NCBI GenBank assembly: GCA_038087875.1
Contig: CM075988.1
Coordinates: 20,586,001-20,650,000 of the forward strand
DNA: 64,000 nt
From: Malacoraja senta
Taxonomy: Eukaryota
Direction of reading: 5' to 3'
The position numbers were made by a program, and so were the translations under genes. Below the pieces are notes generated by a model. The model worked only from the letters and a program-made list of their open reading frames with translations. It had not been told where the DNA came from and did not search any database. Shown piece after piece: positions 36,284 through 49,645 of the stretch (position 1 is its first letter; each line of letters starts with the position of its first letter).

Positions 36284-38225
36284 TCACTATATTTATTGTT
36301 GCGTCTACCATTACTGTACGTGTACTGTTTACATTGAGTTTCAGGTGAACAAAGAATTTCATTACATTCTGATATATATGAAAATAAACTAATCTGAATG
36401 CAAGCCTAAACTGTAAATTCTCCACGGATGAAAAAGAAAGTTAAAGAATGTGCCTTTAAATGGCACTTAAAATATTATTTCTCTCACTTGTCATAGAGCA
36501 TTGAACATAGGGCAGTACAGCACAGAAACAGGCCTTAAGGCCCACAATGTCTGTGCCAAACATGATACAAGATCAATGAATCTCCTCTGCCTGCACATGA
36601 TCAATATCTCTTCCTTCTCTGCCTATCCATGTACCTATCGAAAAGCCTCCTAAATGGTACCATCTTACATGCCTCCACCACCACCCCTGGCAGCGTATTC
36701 TACGTACTCACCACCCTCTGTGTGAAAAACTTGCCTTGCACATCTCCTTTCAACTTTGCCCTTCTCTTCTTAAACCTAGTCATAAGGCAGGTCTCCAAGG
36801 ATACACACAAAATGCTTGAGTAACTCCGCGGGTCAGGCAGCATCTCTGGAGAAAGGGAATAGGTGATGTTTCGTGCCGAAACCCTTCTTCAGACTGCCCT
36901 GGGGGAAAGGGTTCGGAGATAGTCAGTGTTAGCAGAATGCATTACTTCAAATAATAACCACATAAGTATTACAGAGGCTCCTTAATAAGCAGTTGAATTG
37001 CCAAGAACCCTCCAGTCACCTCCAGGCTATCCCTAATACACACAACTCTTCCATCAAAATCATATCTTGCGGCTCTGTGGTCCTAGCCAATGCTTCAGTT
37101 TAAGACTCTACTCTGACCACCACACTGTTTTTTTATTGCTTAAATTATCCCATGGGAAACGTTGCCCCCAGTTTGTTTGTGACGTGTTGACCACAACACA
37201 GTCCAACGTTTGAACAAAGTTTGCCAAATTCAACAGTGAATAGTACATTGTGTCCCAAGTAAGCTGAAAAGATCAAACTCTTCCCATAGCATCATTGTAA
37301 ATGGGAATGTGTGTCACAGGCTTTTGTGAGATTTGAAAGATACCTTCACAATGACACTCACCACATTACCTTCCACCAAAGATAGACACAAAATGCTGGA
37401 GTTAGTCAGCGGGACAGGCAGCATCTCTGGAGAGAAGAAATGGGTGACGTTTAGGGTCGAGACCCTTCTTCAGGCTAGCTGAGTTTACGTTGACTCTCAT
37501 TAGTCGAGATATTGATCTTAATTCACATTGTTCACTGCTGGTTGTGACCTATTCCATTTAAACCAAATTGTTTGCATACAATTTAGAATTGCTTTAGTTT
37601 AGTGATTTGGCAAAAAAATTCTGAGGCCACACAAGCAGCACTATCTTTAATTGCCGCACTATTGCTGATTGTTGGGTTTAGTGCTTGGACAGTTTCTGCA
37701 GTCACCAGCTTCATTAGCATAGTTAGATGTTGGCATCCTAGGCCCTGTTAGTCTCCAACAGCTGCAAGCTTACATGAACAAAGTTGGTAGTAATTCAGCT
37801 CTGCCACCAGCACTAAAGGGGCACGACCCTTTGGCCCACCGCATCCATGCCGACCATCGATTCAAGTAGTTAAATAAAGCTGGTATCAGCCATGGAACCC
37901 ATGGAACCCATGAAGAAAACAATTGGTTCACTATTGTCCTTCAGCAAAGGAAGTCTCATAACGGTCTTTAAAATACTCCAGAAAGTTGATGAGTTCAGAT
38001 TGTGTGATAATCTCTGAGCTTGCCATGTGTTACAAACTTCTAGTTTGTTGTTCTTCAGTAACACTACATCACTGTATGAAGGGACAGGAGGGCCACACTC
38101 CCTCTGATGGTGCTGCCTTGCTCTGTCACCCAATAAAAGCCATCAAAGAACAACCTGAATGTATATGGCATCAATATCCAAGGCTCTTCCAGTTCACAGG
38201 AGCGTTAGCAATCAGGATTTGAAAT

Positions 38226-38762
38226 CATAATTTGAGGAAGGACATTCTTGCCATTGAGGGAGTGCAGCGTAGGTTTACAAGGTTAATTCCCGGGATGGCG
38301 GGACTGTCATATGCTGAGAGAATGAAGCAGCTGGGCTTGTACACTCTGGAGTTTAGAAGGATGAGAGGGGATCTTATTGAAATATATAAGATTGTTAAGG
38401 GTTTGGACACGCTGGAGGCAGGAAACATGTTCCCGATGTTGGGGGAGTCCAGAACCGGGGCCACAGTTTAAGAATAAGGGGTAAGCCATTTAGAACGGAG
38501 ACGAGGAAACACTTTTTCTCACAGAGAGTTGTGAGTGTGTGGAATTCTCTGCCTCAGAGGGCGGTGGAGACAGGTTCTCTGGATGCTTTCAAGAGAGAGC
38601 TGGATAGGGCTCTTAAAGATCGCGGAGTCAGGGGATATGGGGAAAAGGCAGGAACGGGGTACTGATTGTGGGTGATCAGACATGATCACATTGAATGGCG
38701 GTGCTGGCTTGAAGGGCCGAATGGCCTACTCTGCACCATTGTCTATTGTCTATTGTCTATTG
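38226..38762 (+). mobile_element. CR1 3' fragment, (CTATTGT)n-tailed subfamily
   Basis: LRKDILAIEGVQRRFTRLIPGMAGLSYAERM..; same subfamily as 55665-56011. Confidence 0.93.
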
Positions 38763-39172
38763 AAACTGAGCTTCCTGCCAGTCTCAGGTGAAGGGTGAAT
38801 TTTAATGCGGAAAAAGAATGGGAGATGTTTAATGAGAGGATCCCAGAGTTAAGGCCTTTGGCAGTGAAATGCCTGGCCACAGTGGCAGGGTGAGTAAAGC
38901 TGGGGAGCAGAATGGTGGAGATCTCAGAAGGTTATATTGCAGAAGGGGGTGGCGGAGATAGGGGGGCTGGTGGGAGAGGCATGAATAGTGGAGGAAGGAG
39001 TAGTGGGGACGAGAGAAACCTTTCACACAAGGACAAGTGGGACAGTCAGGACCGGACTGGCTAAAGGCAGGGTCGTTCCCTACATTTACCCAGTTCCTGG
39101 ATGAGGACATGAAGAGTCCAAACCTGCAAGGATACAGATCAAACACACGGCAATGGGATTAAACTAAACTAT

Positions 39173-39261
39173 AGAAGGGTTTTGGCCCGAAACGTTGCCT
39201 ATTTCCTTCGCTCCATAGATGCTGCTGCACCCGCTGAGCTTCTCCAGCATTTTTGTGTACC
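39173..39261 (+). mobile_element. Solo Penelope-derived unit with 14-bp TSD
   Basis: ttaaactaaactat at 39159-39172 and 39262-39275 flanks agaagggttttggcccgaaacgttgcc..ctccagcattttt. Confidence 0.75.
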
Positions 39262-39484
39262 TTAAACTAAACTATGTTGTCTGCTGTGGACACGATGGGC
39301 TGAATGGCCATGAATCAATAGACAGTATTTTGCTGTAACCCCGCTGAGTTACTCCAGCACTCTGTGTCCTTTTGTGCTAATCAGCATTGTCATTTCCTTG
39401 TATCCCCAATTCCATTAACTGATCTCAACCTTTAATATGGTCAAGAAGAGATATTCCCAGCCCCCTTCGATACATAAAGCCAAA

Positions 39485-40012
39485 TATTTATTATTGTCAC
39501 GTGCACCAACAAAGAGTGAAACAATGTGTTTGCTTGTTATCCAGTCAATTCATTACCATCGTCGAGTACATCAGGTAGTGCAACAAAGAAAAATAAATAG
39601 AGTGCAGAACATATTGTTACAGCTACAGCGAAAATGCAAATAATAAAGTGCAAGGGCTGTAAGGAGGTAGATTGGAAGATCGGGAGTTCATCCCTATGAG
39701 AGCTCTGTTCAAGATAGCATAGAGAAGAAGCTGTTCCTGAATCTTGTGAAGTGCAAATTTTTGTATCTTCTGCCTGATGGGATAGGGGAGACAGGAAAAG
39801 ACAGGGATGTACATGATTATTTTGGCTGCTTTCCCGGGCCAGCGTGAAGTGTAAAGGGAATCGAGTTGGAGAAGTGCTGGGTTGCGCAAAGGACTGTGTG
39901 CTATGTTCTCAACTCTCTGCAATTTTCGTTTTGTGTTCTTGGGCAGAGATGTTGCCAAAGCAAGCTGTGATACACCCGGACAGGATGCTTTCTATGGTGC
40001 ATCTGTAGAACA
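39485..40012 (-). mobile_element. Degenerate Rex1/Babar 3' fragment
   Basis: Minus strand ttctacagatgcaccatagaaagcatcctgtccgggtgtatcacagcttgctttggcaac (FYRCTIESILSGCITACFGN). Confidence 0.8.
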
Positions 40013-43000
40013 TGATAAGTGAAGCAAAATAGAAAGCATACTATTTACAATGGTCAGCTCAGCTTTAAATGCTCAAAACTTGCCCCAAGACCGTGCTCTC
40101 CTATCATATTGTCAGTTTACTCATCAAACTCTTATATTGTCAGTTTACTAAATACGAAAGAATCTTCACTGATGTCTGATGCAGTTGCAAATACATATGT
40201 TTGCTAATTTCTGCATCAGGTTATCCTTGACCTATGTTCACTTAGGTACCTTCTTCCATCTTTTAAGATATTATACACATTAGCTTAGTTTAGATTAGTT
40301 GAGAGATACACCATGAAAACAAGCCCTTGGATCCACCGAGTTCACACTAGTTCTATGTTATCCCTCTTTCACACCCTGTCCCTACATACTCGGGGCAATT
40401 TGCAGACGCCATTTATCCTACAAACCTGCACGCCTTTGGGATGTGAGGGAAAATCGGAGCACCTGGAGAAAACCCTTGTGGTCACAGAGAGAACGTGCAA
40501 ACTCCACCCGAGCTCAGGATCGAACCCGGGTCTCTGGTGCTGTGAGACAGCAGCTCTGCCAGCTGCGTCTCTGTAAATTGCCTCTACAGTGCAGGGAATG
40601 GATGGGATAACATTTACCGTAACTAGTGCGAACAGGTGATCGATGGTCACCGTGGACTCGGCGGGCCAAATGGCCTGTTTCCATGCTGTATCTTTCAATC
40701 AATCAACTCACTGAAAACAAACGAATTGATTTAATGAAGACTGGGATTCACTTCAATGGAACAACTTGGTCCTTTGTGTGATTAGAATCACACACTTATA
40801 AAGGGTTTGCTGGGCATTTGAATTCTCCGAAAATCCTGGCTTCTCCTATTTCAGAGCCCTCAGCTGTGAAACATTACTTTCCAGTTATTGTCCATGTCGT
40901 TCTCTGAGATGTTTCTATCTATGGTTAGCACCCTGGCGTGATATCACAGTCGGGCACATCATATGATCTGCTGCTTTATATTTACTCCTTTAATTGGGTC
41001 AAGCTGTTGGAATTATTCAAAGCCACCATAGTCCCCTGGAGTCTTTACAGCCACATCTTTCCGTGAATTCCAAGGTCTTTTCGGATCCCTCCACCCTTGC
41101 CGTGCCCCACATCTACAGCAGAGTGGGGAACGGTGTGAGGGAGAATATACATGGTGCACCCAGCCACGCCTACGGAGCCATAACACATCATTGTGGCTCG
41201 ATTCATGTCTGCAATGGGAGAGGCCCAATTGTCTGGCTGGGGGGCAGCAACAGCAGAGGGTGGCGGACAAGAGTGTCCTTCTCTTGGGACAATGGTGAGG
41301 CAAGGAAAGGCTCCTACCTTCCTTGCCCTGAACCCGTGGAAATGCAATTACTAAATTTAAGTCAGGATGCCGAATGCAGCGTGGGTTACCCATCTGTACA
41401 ACTTCCCTCCCAGGGGCTCCTCACACAAAGAAACACATCTCTACACATCCCAACCAACAAATCACCATCACAATCTAGAAATTGTTGCTATCGCAACATT
41501 TAAGAAACATTTCGGCAGATACATGGATAGGGTGGGTTTAGAGGGATATGTGACAAAAGCAGGCAGGTGGGACTAGTGTATTTGGGTCATGTTGGGCCGA
41601 AGAGCCTGTTTCCCCTATGTAAGGCTCTATGACTTTAAATATTAAGGGTACAAATGCAGCATAGAGCCTAGCACTGTACAGAAGATAGACACAAAATGCT
41701 GGAGTAACTCAGCAGCTCAGGCAGCATCTCTGGAGAAAAGGAATAGGTGATGGCTCGGGTCGGAACCTTTCTTCAGGCTGCACAGCATAGGACAATACAG
41801 CACAACTGACAGTACAGAACAACAGTATAGCACAGGAATCAGACCTTCATCCCACATGTCCGTGCCGAACATGATGCCGAGTTAAACTAGTCTCCTCTGC
41901 AAAATACAAAGTACTGGAGAAACTCAGCAGGTCAGGCAGCATCTGTGGAAGGAATGGACAGGCGGCATTTCAGGTTGGGACCCTGCATCAGACAAATTGC
42001 ACGTTCCGCTGCTTATTATTCTATGTTCCACGTTCATGTCTGTGAATGTACTTCACCAGCTGTAATCCCAGGACAGCAACACAACTGTTTTTTAGGCATT
42101 TATCTTACCATTATGGATCACCTTGAGATCAGAACGATCAAAATTCTTGTGACATTGCCAACGTTTCTCGTGCAACTGGTCCCTTGGTGGATTTAGAAGT
42201 CATTTCCCGTGGGACCTCAGCTGACATTCCCAAATGATAACGTGAATAAAATAAGAAACCAGAAAAGGGTGGGGGTTGGGGAGGTGAGTCCCATTGAGGT
42301 ACAGGATCAATGAGCTGGGAAGTCACGTTGCCCTCTGTGTTTTTTCTCATGTTAATAAGTAACAAAACTGGCCTGAGACTAGAACAATACGCAGCTTCAG
42401 AGATACCATCTCTTAATGAAAGATCAAAAACTTCACCTGTGTAAATAGTCTCAGTGATTTAATCAATTAACGAGTAAAAGTTTGCCAAATCTGGTCTGAT
42501 GGATCCTTGGAGACACAAGAGATGGCAGATGTTGGAATCTTTAGGGAGAAACAGGCTGCGGGAGGAACTCAGGGGGTCAAGTAACGTCTGTGGAGGGAAA
42601 TGGAGAGATGACATTTCGGGTCGAGACCCTCCTTCAGTCTGGTGGGTGCGTGTCGGGTATGTTTCGCGATTCCCCGCCTCTTATCAGGCCAAAGTGAAGC
42701 AAAGGGATCTGATCACCAGTGTTTTTATAATGAATATAACTGCTCAAAGAGAGTGAACAATTAATCTTAGTTTCCCTCTTTATTGTTTACAGCAGTCTCT
42801 GCAGTATTGTATATTATTGCCACGTGTACTGAGATACAAAGATTCAAGATACTAAGTTAAGCGAGTAGCTTTTGTTTGTGTGGTATACAGTAGTTTCAAA
42901 TCAATTATACACAACTATACACTAGTACAATCAAACCATTACAGAAGCACAGACACAAAGTGCTGGAGTAACTCAGCGGGCCAGACAGCATCTCTGGAGA

Positions 43001-43339
43001 ACACAGATGGGTGACGTTTATGGGTTGGTATACTTCTTCAGACTGATTATGGAGAGGGAGGGGAAGAAAGCTTGAAGAGACGACGGGCAGGACAAAAACT
43101 GGCAAGTGATAGATGGATACAGGTGGACAGTGCAGGTTCCGCCTCAATCAGTCTGGAGACGGATCCCGACTCAAAACGTCACCTATCCATGATCTCCAGA
43201 GATGCTGCCTGAACTGCGGAGTTACTCCAGCACTCTGAGTCTTTTTTTATGAACCAGCGTTTGCAGTTCCTTGTGTCTACATTACCCAAGTACAACAGGT
43301 AGTGCAAAGAGAAAAATACCAGTGTAGAATATAGTGTTA

Positions 43340-43670
43340 TGCCCCTGTCCAACTTAGGAAACCTGAACGGAAACCTCTGGAGACTTTGCGCCCCACCCAA
43401 GGTTTCCGTGCGGTTCCTGGAGGTTTTTGTCAGTCTCCCTAATGGTCGAAAGTGGTTTCCGCTTCTTCTATGTTCCGGCGATTATTTCAAAAAATTCAAA
43501 ACCGGCTGCGACTAAAAATAGGTTGCCGTTTTAAAAATCGGTAATTTTTTAGTTGAAGCCGGTTGCGATGCTAGTTGAAGGTGGTTGCCGGAGGTTGCAG
43601 GTAGTGGAAGGTAAGACCTTTTTTTCGCCCAGTTTTATTCCACCAGGGAGGTCACGAGTGCAGGGTCCGT
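43340..43670. mobile_element. Second copy of the Harbinger-like MITE
   Basis: Near-identical to 8051-8330 over ~280 bp; preceded by tta. The right end differs. Confidence 0.8.
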
Positions 43671-44133
43671 AATTAGTTAATGTTGGATGTTCAGGACAAC
43701 ACTCTAGCTTATGGGAGGACTGTTCAGTAATCTGGTAACTGTGCAGTGAAAATTATTATATTGGCTGATTTCCGGAGGCAATGTGACATGTAGATGGAGT
43801 CAATAGAGGGGAGACTGGTGTGTGTGATCGATTGGGTTGCCCGCAAAAGAACAGGTTATAAAAGAATCATGGCAATGAAAACTATAATGAGAGGCAAAGA
43901 GAGCCTATGAGAAAAGATTAGCTGCCAACATAAACATTCATAAAAAGTATTCTTTTTCTCGGCACATAACTACTAAGCGGGTAATAAATTTAGATGAGTG
44001 GAGCTTACCAAGGACAAAACCAGAAAATTGCAGATGGATGCTGAGGATAGTGTTAAGATGCAAAAATAATACTTTGCACCTGCATTCAACAAGATGAGGG
44101 TGCTTCCAAATAATAATGAAGGAACAGCAGAAG

Positions 44134-44416
44134 GTGGCGCAGCGGTAGAGTTGCTGCTTTAAAGCAGCAGCAACCCGGGTTCGATCCTGACTACGGGTGC
44201 TTGTCTGTATGGAGTTTATACGTTCTCCCTGTGGCCGCGTGGATTTCCAGTTTTCTCCCCCACTCCAAAGACGTTCAGTTTTGTGGGTTAATTGGCTTGG
44301 TATAAACGTAAAAATTGTCCCAAGTGTGTAGGATAGTGCTAGTGTACAGGGTGATCAGTGGTCAGCGTGGGCCGAAGGGCCTGTTTCCACTTTGTACCTT
44401 TAGTCTAAAGTCTAAA
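44134..44416 (+). mobile_element. V/HE1-type SINE nested in an ancient CR1 relic (43850-44560)
   Basis: A/B boxes present. The flanking relic translates EVDKSPESDVVHPQIVRKL, similar to [15 protein letters not shown]. Confidence 0.8.
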
Positions 44417-44562
44417 AAGGTCATTGTTGGGAATCCACATATGTAGAAAACTAATAGCTTGAAAGCATTGGGAAAGTTGGGTGAAATTGAAGTAGATAAG
44501 TCCCCAGAATCAGATGTGGTGCATCCGCAGATTGTAAGGAAACTAGGAAAGAAATTGTGGGA

Positions 44563-44799
44563 GACCCAAAATGCTGGAGTAACTCAGCGGGTCAGCCAGC
44601 ATCTCTGGAGAGAAGGAATGGGTGACGTTTCGGGCCGAGGCCCTTCTTCAGACTCAAGTCTTCAGTCTGAAGAAGGGTCTCAACCTGAAATGTCACCCAT
44701 TCCCTCTCTCCAGAGATGCAGCCTGACCCGCTGAGTTCCTCCAGCATTTTGAGTCTACCTTCGATTTAAACCAGCATCTGTGGTTCATTCCGACCCACT
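44563..44799. mobile_element. Penelope-derived hairpin unit with 14-bp TSD and two hammerhead cores
   Basis: aagaaattgtggga at 44549-44562 and 44800-44813; ~93-bp inverted arms. Confidence 0.8.
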
Positions 44800-45882
44800 A
44801 AGAAATTGTGGGAATCTGGTTACAGACTTAGAAAAACAAATTGCTGGAGTAATTTAGCCAGTCAAGCAGTGTCTCCAGAGACATACCCTCCAGAGATGCT
44901 GCCTGACCCATTGAGTTATTCCAGCACTTAGTGGGGGTTTTTTGTAAACTAACATCTGCAGTTTCTTGTGTCTCCACAAACCTACAATGCTCCATCTTTG
45001 TAAGGGTAATGGAAAGGGCAAGAAATGCTTTAGCAATGCAGCTCAAATGACGTGAATGCACAAGTAAAGATGTCAGAAGGAAAAGCAGACTCAATTTTGA
45101 CATTGATAGCGTTTGTTTACTTTCTATTTGCTTCAATGTAGAAGCAATGGCATTTCTTTTTTGAATATATACCAGTGTATTGAGTAGAAATCTGAGCAGC
45201 AAGTACATATGTCTTTGATTATATTCTTGCAGAATACATAGCAACTGAAACAAGTGCTGATAGGACCCGAAAGAAAATATCTTGGATCCAGAACTTACTT
45301 TTTACCAAAGTCCTGTGGCGAATACATTGTACTGTTAAAAAACAGAACAAGGAATGTCACACTTAATAGCACATCACAGAATTCAATAATAGATGACTTC
45401 ATAAACTACTAAAATTAAAACTCGTATATCCAATAACACACTCCCCCCAAAGAGAAACTGACACAACATTCCCCATAATATGATGCAATTATTTTCTTAA
45501 ATTGGCGGACAAAACATTACATAAATTATTACAGATTTAGCTTTATCCAGTAAGACTGCACTTGTTATTAAAGGGAATTCATGACTGTGTTAGTTCTTTG
45601 TTGGCACTTAATTTTCCGTTAAAATGACACTGCACCTGATGCACTGGTCACAATTGATGTTCAGGTGGAAGGAGCGGCTTAGTTTTAAAGGCAGGAATCC
45701 AGAAGTTGCTGCTAAGATGGAACGCACAAGGAACTGAGTCCCAGGTTCGATCCTGTCTACGGGCACTGTCTGGACAGAATTTGTATCTGTGACTGTGTGG
45801 GTTTTCTCAGCTGCTCAATTTGCCCCACATTCCAAAGACCTGTAGGTTTGTAGGATAATTGGCTTGTATAAATTGTCCCTTG

Positions 45883-46190
45883 TTTAGTTTAGCTCAGAGA
45901 TACAGGTGGAAAGAGGCCCTTCAGCCCCCAAGTCCGCACCGACCAGGGATCACGTTGTACACTAGCACTATCCCACACATTCAGGACTATTTACAGAACG
46001 CAATGACAGAAACCTACACCCCTGCATGCCTTTTGGAATGTGGGGGGAAACTGGAGCACCTGGAGAAAACCCACACAGTCACAGGGAGATCCTACAAGCT
46101 CCGTACAGACAGCACCCATAGTCAGGATCGAACCTGGGTTTTTGGTGCTATAAGGTAACAACTCTACCACTGCGCCACTATGCTGCCTCA
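45883..46190 (-). mobile_element. V/HE1-type SINE
   Basis: Reverse complement of the SINE consensus, including the B-box. Confidence 0.8.
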
Positions 46191-46237
46191 CTGCATAGGA
46201 TAGAACTAGTCCATGGGTGATTGCTAGTCGGCAGTTT

Positions 46238-46988
46238 GCATGCAGTTGTGGTCACCACATTACAGGAAAGATGTTGAGGCTTTAGAGAGGGTGCAGAGGA
46301 GGTTTAACATAATGCTGCCTGGATTAGAGGGTTTCAGCTACAGGGAGAAGTTGGATAGACTTCGATTGTTTTCTCTGGAACATCGAAGGTTGAGTGGAGA
46401 CAATAGAAGTATATACAATTACGAGAGGCTTAGATAGGGTGGATACAACCTCATTCCCAGGGTGGAAATGTCAACACTGGAGGGCATATGTATAAGGTGA
46501 GAGGAAGAAAGTTTAACGGAGATAGTGCGAGGCAGGTTTTTTACACAGAAAGTTTGTACTTTCTCCCAGTGACCGCGTGGGTTTTCTCCAAGATCTTCGG
46601 TTTCCTCCAAAGACCTACAGGCTTATAGGTTAATTGGCTTGGTAAATGTAAAAATTGTCCTTATGGGTGTAGGATGGTGTTAATGTGCGGGGATCACTGG
46701 TCGGCGCGGACACGGTGGGTCGAAGGGCCTGTTTCCGCCCTGTATCTCTAAACCAAACTAAAAAAAAAGTGGTAGGGGTCTGGAACGCGTTGCCAGTGGT
46801 GGTGGTAGTGGCATGTACAATAGTGTGTTCAAGAGGCTTTTCGAATGGCTCATGGAAGGGCAAGGAATAGAGGGATATGGATCATGTACAGGTGTATGAG
46901 AGCGGTTTAACTTGGCAACATGTTGGGCACAGACATTGTGGGCCCAAGGGCCCACTCCTGTGCTGTATTGTTCTATGTTCTATGTTCC
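46238..46988 (+). mobile_element. Old CR1 3' fragment with a nested SINE piece (46551-46760)
   Basis: QLWSPHYRKDVEALERVQRRF..LPGLEGFSYREKLDRLRLFSLE; (ttctatg)n tail. Confidence 0.85.
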
Positions 46989-47539
46989 TTCTCTTTCGGC
47001 ACCTAATTTGGCGTTGATCTTCATCACTCTAATTTACACTTCCCCCACTACCCCCAGTGAAGCGAAGTGCAGAATCCTTCAAGTGCGGTTAACTTCTTGT
47101 CCTGTTCCCCCAAGTCCTGCATTGCCACTGTCCCCACTGCACACAGTTTGGGCAATTTTCCCTCTTAAAATATCATCAAGGATATATGAATAACAATGGC
47201 TCCCATTCGGTTTACTCTGACTAGAGGGCATAACTTTAAGGTGAGAGGAGCAAACTTTAAAGGAGAAGTGTGGGACAAGTTTTTACACCGAGGGTGGTGA
47301 GTGCCTGGAATACACTGCCGGGGGTAGTGGGGAGGCAGATGTGATAGTGGTATTTAAGAGGCTTTTGAACAGGCACATGGATATGCAGGGAATGAAGGGA
47401 CACGGATTATGTGCAGGCAGATAAGAATTGGTCTTGGCATCATGTTCGGTGCACACATTGTGAGACCAAAGGGCCTGTTCCTGTGCTGTACTGTTCTATG
47501 TTTTATGTTCTGACTGAAGAATATGGTCGATTATATTCT

Positions 47540-47680
47540 GGGGTGGGAGATTGCAACCTTCACGTGGTCCGCCCTGTTTCAACGAATGCAATCAACCCGG
47601 CGTGCACAATCAAATAAGTTCAAATAGAACTTTAGGCTGTGCACGCCATACGCAAGAAGAAGAAGAAGAAGAAGAAGAAG
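47540..47680 (+). mobile_element. Short retro-insert with (GAA)n tail and TSD
   Basis: attatattct at 47530-47539 and 47681-47690, with a (GAA)n tail just before the second copy. Confidence 0.75.
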
Positions 47681-48721
47681 ATTATATTCTATTTTAGAAA
47701 GGATTTGTTTTTTCCCTGTGGGGATGTGTTGTTAACAAATTGTAATGTTAGATATTGTCCAAGTTATTTATTTATATCTGCATAATTTTTCATTCCTTGG
47801 GGATCACGTGCAAAGGCAAGATTTAATGGTGATCATTTAATCCTTTTGGAAAGATAGTGGCGGGTGCCTCAGGAGCTATACTTGAGTAATCTGTGTACAA
47901 AACCTCCAAAGCTGAGCAATTCAACTTTATCATATCGCGTTGTCATTTAACTCTTATATGTTAACCAGGTGTTCAGAGGGAATTTGGTTAATATTACTGG
48001 AGTAGTGATCCAAGTGCTGACTAATAATCTGAACACGAGTTGAAATCCCCCATGGCAGCTGTAAAATATAACCTTGTGTAATTAAGTAAATTTGCAATTA
48101 GAGAGTCTATATCAGTGGTGGTAAAACAAAGCTATCCGATTATTATAAGTCCTATCGTGCTCACTAATATCTCTCAGTGAAAGTCCTTGCCTCCATATTC
48201 GATCCAGCCTGTACATGGTCCTAACCTAAAACACTGAGGGTGAATTGAAATGATCCACAATGGTTCACTATACAGAAGTGTACAGCACAGGATCGGGACC
48301 TACAGCCCACGATGTTTGCACCATATCTGTCTCCACCACCGCCCCTCTGTATAAAAAGACTGCCTCACACACCTCCATTAAACGTTCCCCCTCTCACCTT
48401 ATAGATATGCCCTCTAGTCTTTGACATTTCCACGCTGGGAAAACTGTTCTGACTGTCTATCCTATCCATGGCTCTCAGAATTGTATATACTTGTATCAAG
48501 TCCCCCCTCAACATCCAGTGCTCCAGAGAAAACAACCCAAGTTATGGAGGAGCATCTACTATCATCCAATACAATCGATCCATTATTTTAAATCTCCTTC
48601 CATTGGAAATCAGATTGCAAAAAGAGGACTTTCTTCACTCTGGTATTTTACTCTTTGCCCTACCTGTTGCACGAGTGCATGGCTTGGTTGTATTCATGTA
48701 TAGTATTATCTGATTTACTGG

Positions 48722-49272
48722 ATAATAATAATAATAATAATAGATTTTATTTATATAGCGCTTTTCAGGACTCAAAGTCGCTTTACAATTGAGAGTCAGG
48801 AATAAACAAAACAAAATAGAGCAGTAAGACAAAGGGGAGGGGAACATGGGACTAAGGGTATGCAGAGGTGAAGAGATGGGTCTTGAGGCGAGACTGGAAG
48901 ATGGTGAGGGACTCAGAATTTCGGACCGGTTGTGGGAGGGAATTCCAGAGCCTGGGAGCTGCCCTGGAGAAGGCTCTGCCTCCAAAAGTGCAGAGGTTTG
49001 CTTTCGGAGTGGAGAGGAGACCAGCTGATGTGGATCTGAGGGACCGTGAGGGTTGGTAGGGGGAGAGGAGGTCAATGAGATAAGAGGGGGGCCAGGTTGT
49101 TGAGGGCTTTGTAGGTGAGGACCAGGATTTATGTAGGTGATCCGGTGGGAAATGGGAAGCCAGTGAAGTTCTTTGAGAACTGGGGTGATGTGGTGCCAGG
49201 ATTTGGTGTGGGTAATGAGTCGAGCGGCTGCATTTTGAACCAGTTGGAGTCGGTTGATGCTGCTGGAATTGA
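48722..49272 (-). mobile_element. L2-clade LINE 3' fragment
   Basis: LQLVQNAAARLIT..HITPVLKELHWLP..RSLRS..GGRAFSRAAPRLWNSLP..FQSRLKTHLF; (TAT)n tail. Confidence 0.93.
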
Positions 49273-49330
49273 TAGCACTCAAACAAAATGTTATACTGTA
49301 TCTGTCACAATACTAAACCAAAGCCAATAG

Positions 49331-49645
49331 CGGGCACAGTGGCACAGCTGGTAGAGTTGCTGCCTCAGCACCAGACGCAGGTTCGATCCTGACCTCAGGT
49401 GCTGTCTGTGTGGAGTTTGAACCTTCTGCCTGTGACCTTGTGGGTTTCCGCCGGGTGCTCAGGTTTACACACACATCGCGAAGACGTGTGGGTTTGTAGG
49501 TTAATTGGCTGCTGTAAATTGCCCCCAAATGTGCTGGGAGTGGGTGTAAAAGTAGGTTAATATAGAACAGGGTGATCAATGGTTGTCGTGGACTCAGCAG
49601 GATGAAGGGCCAGTTTCCATGCTGTATCTCCAAACTAAACGAAAC
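49331..49645 (+). mobile_element. V/HE1-type SINE
   Basis: A/B boxes, central domain and ctccaaactaaac tail. Confidence 0.8.

Noticed and set aside
40994..41503. ORFs of 100-169 aa on both strands in unique sequence
   Set aside because: No recognisable domain or convincing splice sites; the 3' part runs into a CR1 tail.
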